A DNA stretch of 64,000 bases from Spirochaetia bacterium (GTDB lineage Bacteria; Spirochaetota; Spirochaetia; SZUA-6; Bin103): the NCBI GenBank assembly GCA_965203515.1, contig OZ241907.1, positions 640,001-704,000 of the forward strand. Direction: 5' to 3'. The notes beneath the pieces were generated by a model that was not told the DNA's origin, did not search any database, and saw nothing but the letters and a program-made list of their open reading frames with translations. Made by a program: the position numbers and the translations under genes. Shown one piece after another: positions 63,835 to 64,000 of this stretch. Each line of letters starts with the position of its first letter. The first letter of the stretch is position 1.

Positions 63835-64000
63835 GAGTCCTCGTCGTTCCTGAAGATTCGCGTAAGGACAAGTTCATTCTGAAGCCGCTATTCAAGGCGT
63901 TGTTTCGATCAATAGGCAAGCCAAAGACATATGTCAGCGTATGTGAAGATCCCATACTCGGCAGCGTCGACGAGGTCTTGAAGTCAAGTCGCATCGAGCA
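63831..64000 (+). CDS. TOPRIM-like partner of the ABC ATPase, partial
   Basis: GTGA overlap; manual translation MRVLVVPEDSRKDKFILKPLFKALFRSIGKPKTYVSVCEDPILGSVDEVLKSSRIE, open to the window end; hydrophobic strand + E fits a TOPRIM start. Confidence 0.6.
   Translation, partial: MRVLVVPEDSRKDKFILKPLFKALFRSIGKPKTYVSVCEDPILGSVDEVLKSSRIE

Overview
Very GC-rich bacterial DNA, roughly 70% GC by eye. The signal peptide of one solute-binding protein suggests a Spirochaetaceae-like host, but this is weak inference. The backbone is metabolic: gltB/gltD split by a lipoprotein gene, trpB2, two amidases, two PhyH dioxygenases, a dpp/opp-type and a carbohydrate ABC importer, twin ABC exporters, a beta-helix glycan enzyme, aminotransferases, oxidoreductases and two enolase-superfamily genes. 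Several defence or selfish elements are interspersed: a lower-GC type II-like R-M cassette (MTase divergent from C-protein + REase, with a perfect operator palindrome), a frameshifted OLD-like ATPase-TOPRIM gene, two stand-alone AAA ATPases, an intact vapBC-like pair next to a decayed BrnT/BrnA-like relic, and a NYN RNase. The last 12 kb hold the most striking locus: NERD-pseudokinase-kinase-P-loop protein, a 600-aa DndG-like protein, a 1653-aa nuclease + HerA/FtsK ATPase, then an ABC ATPase and a TOPRIM-like partner that runs off the window. It resembles a rearranged MADS/DndFGH-type anti-phage module with no modification genes upstream. No rRNA, tRNA, CRISPR array or transposase was recognised. 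All family calls come from motif recognition, not database searches.
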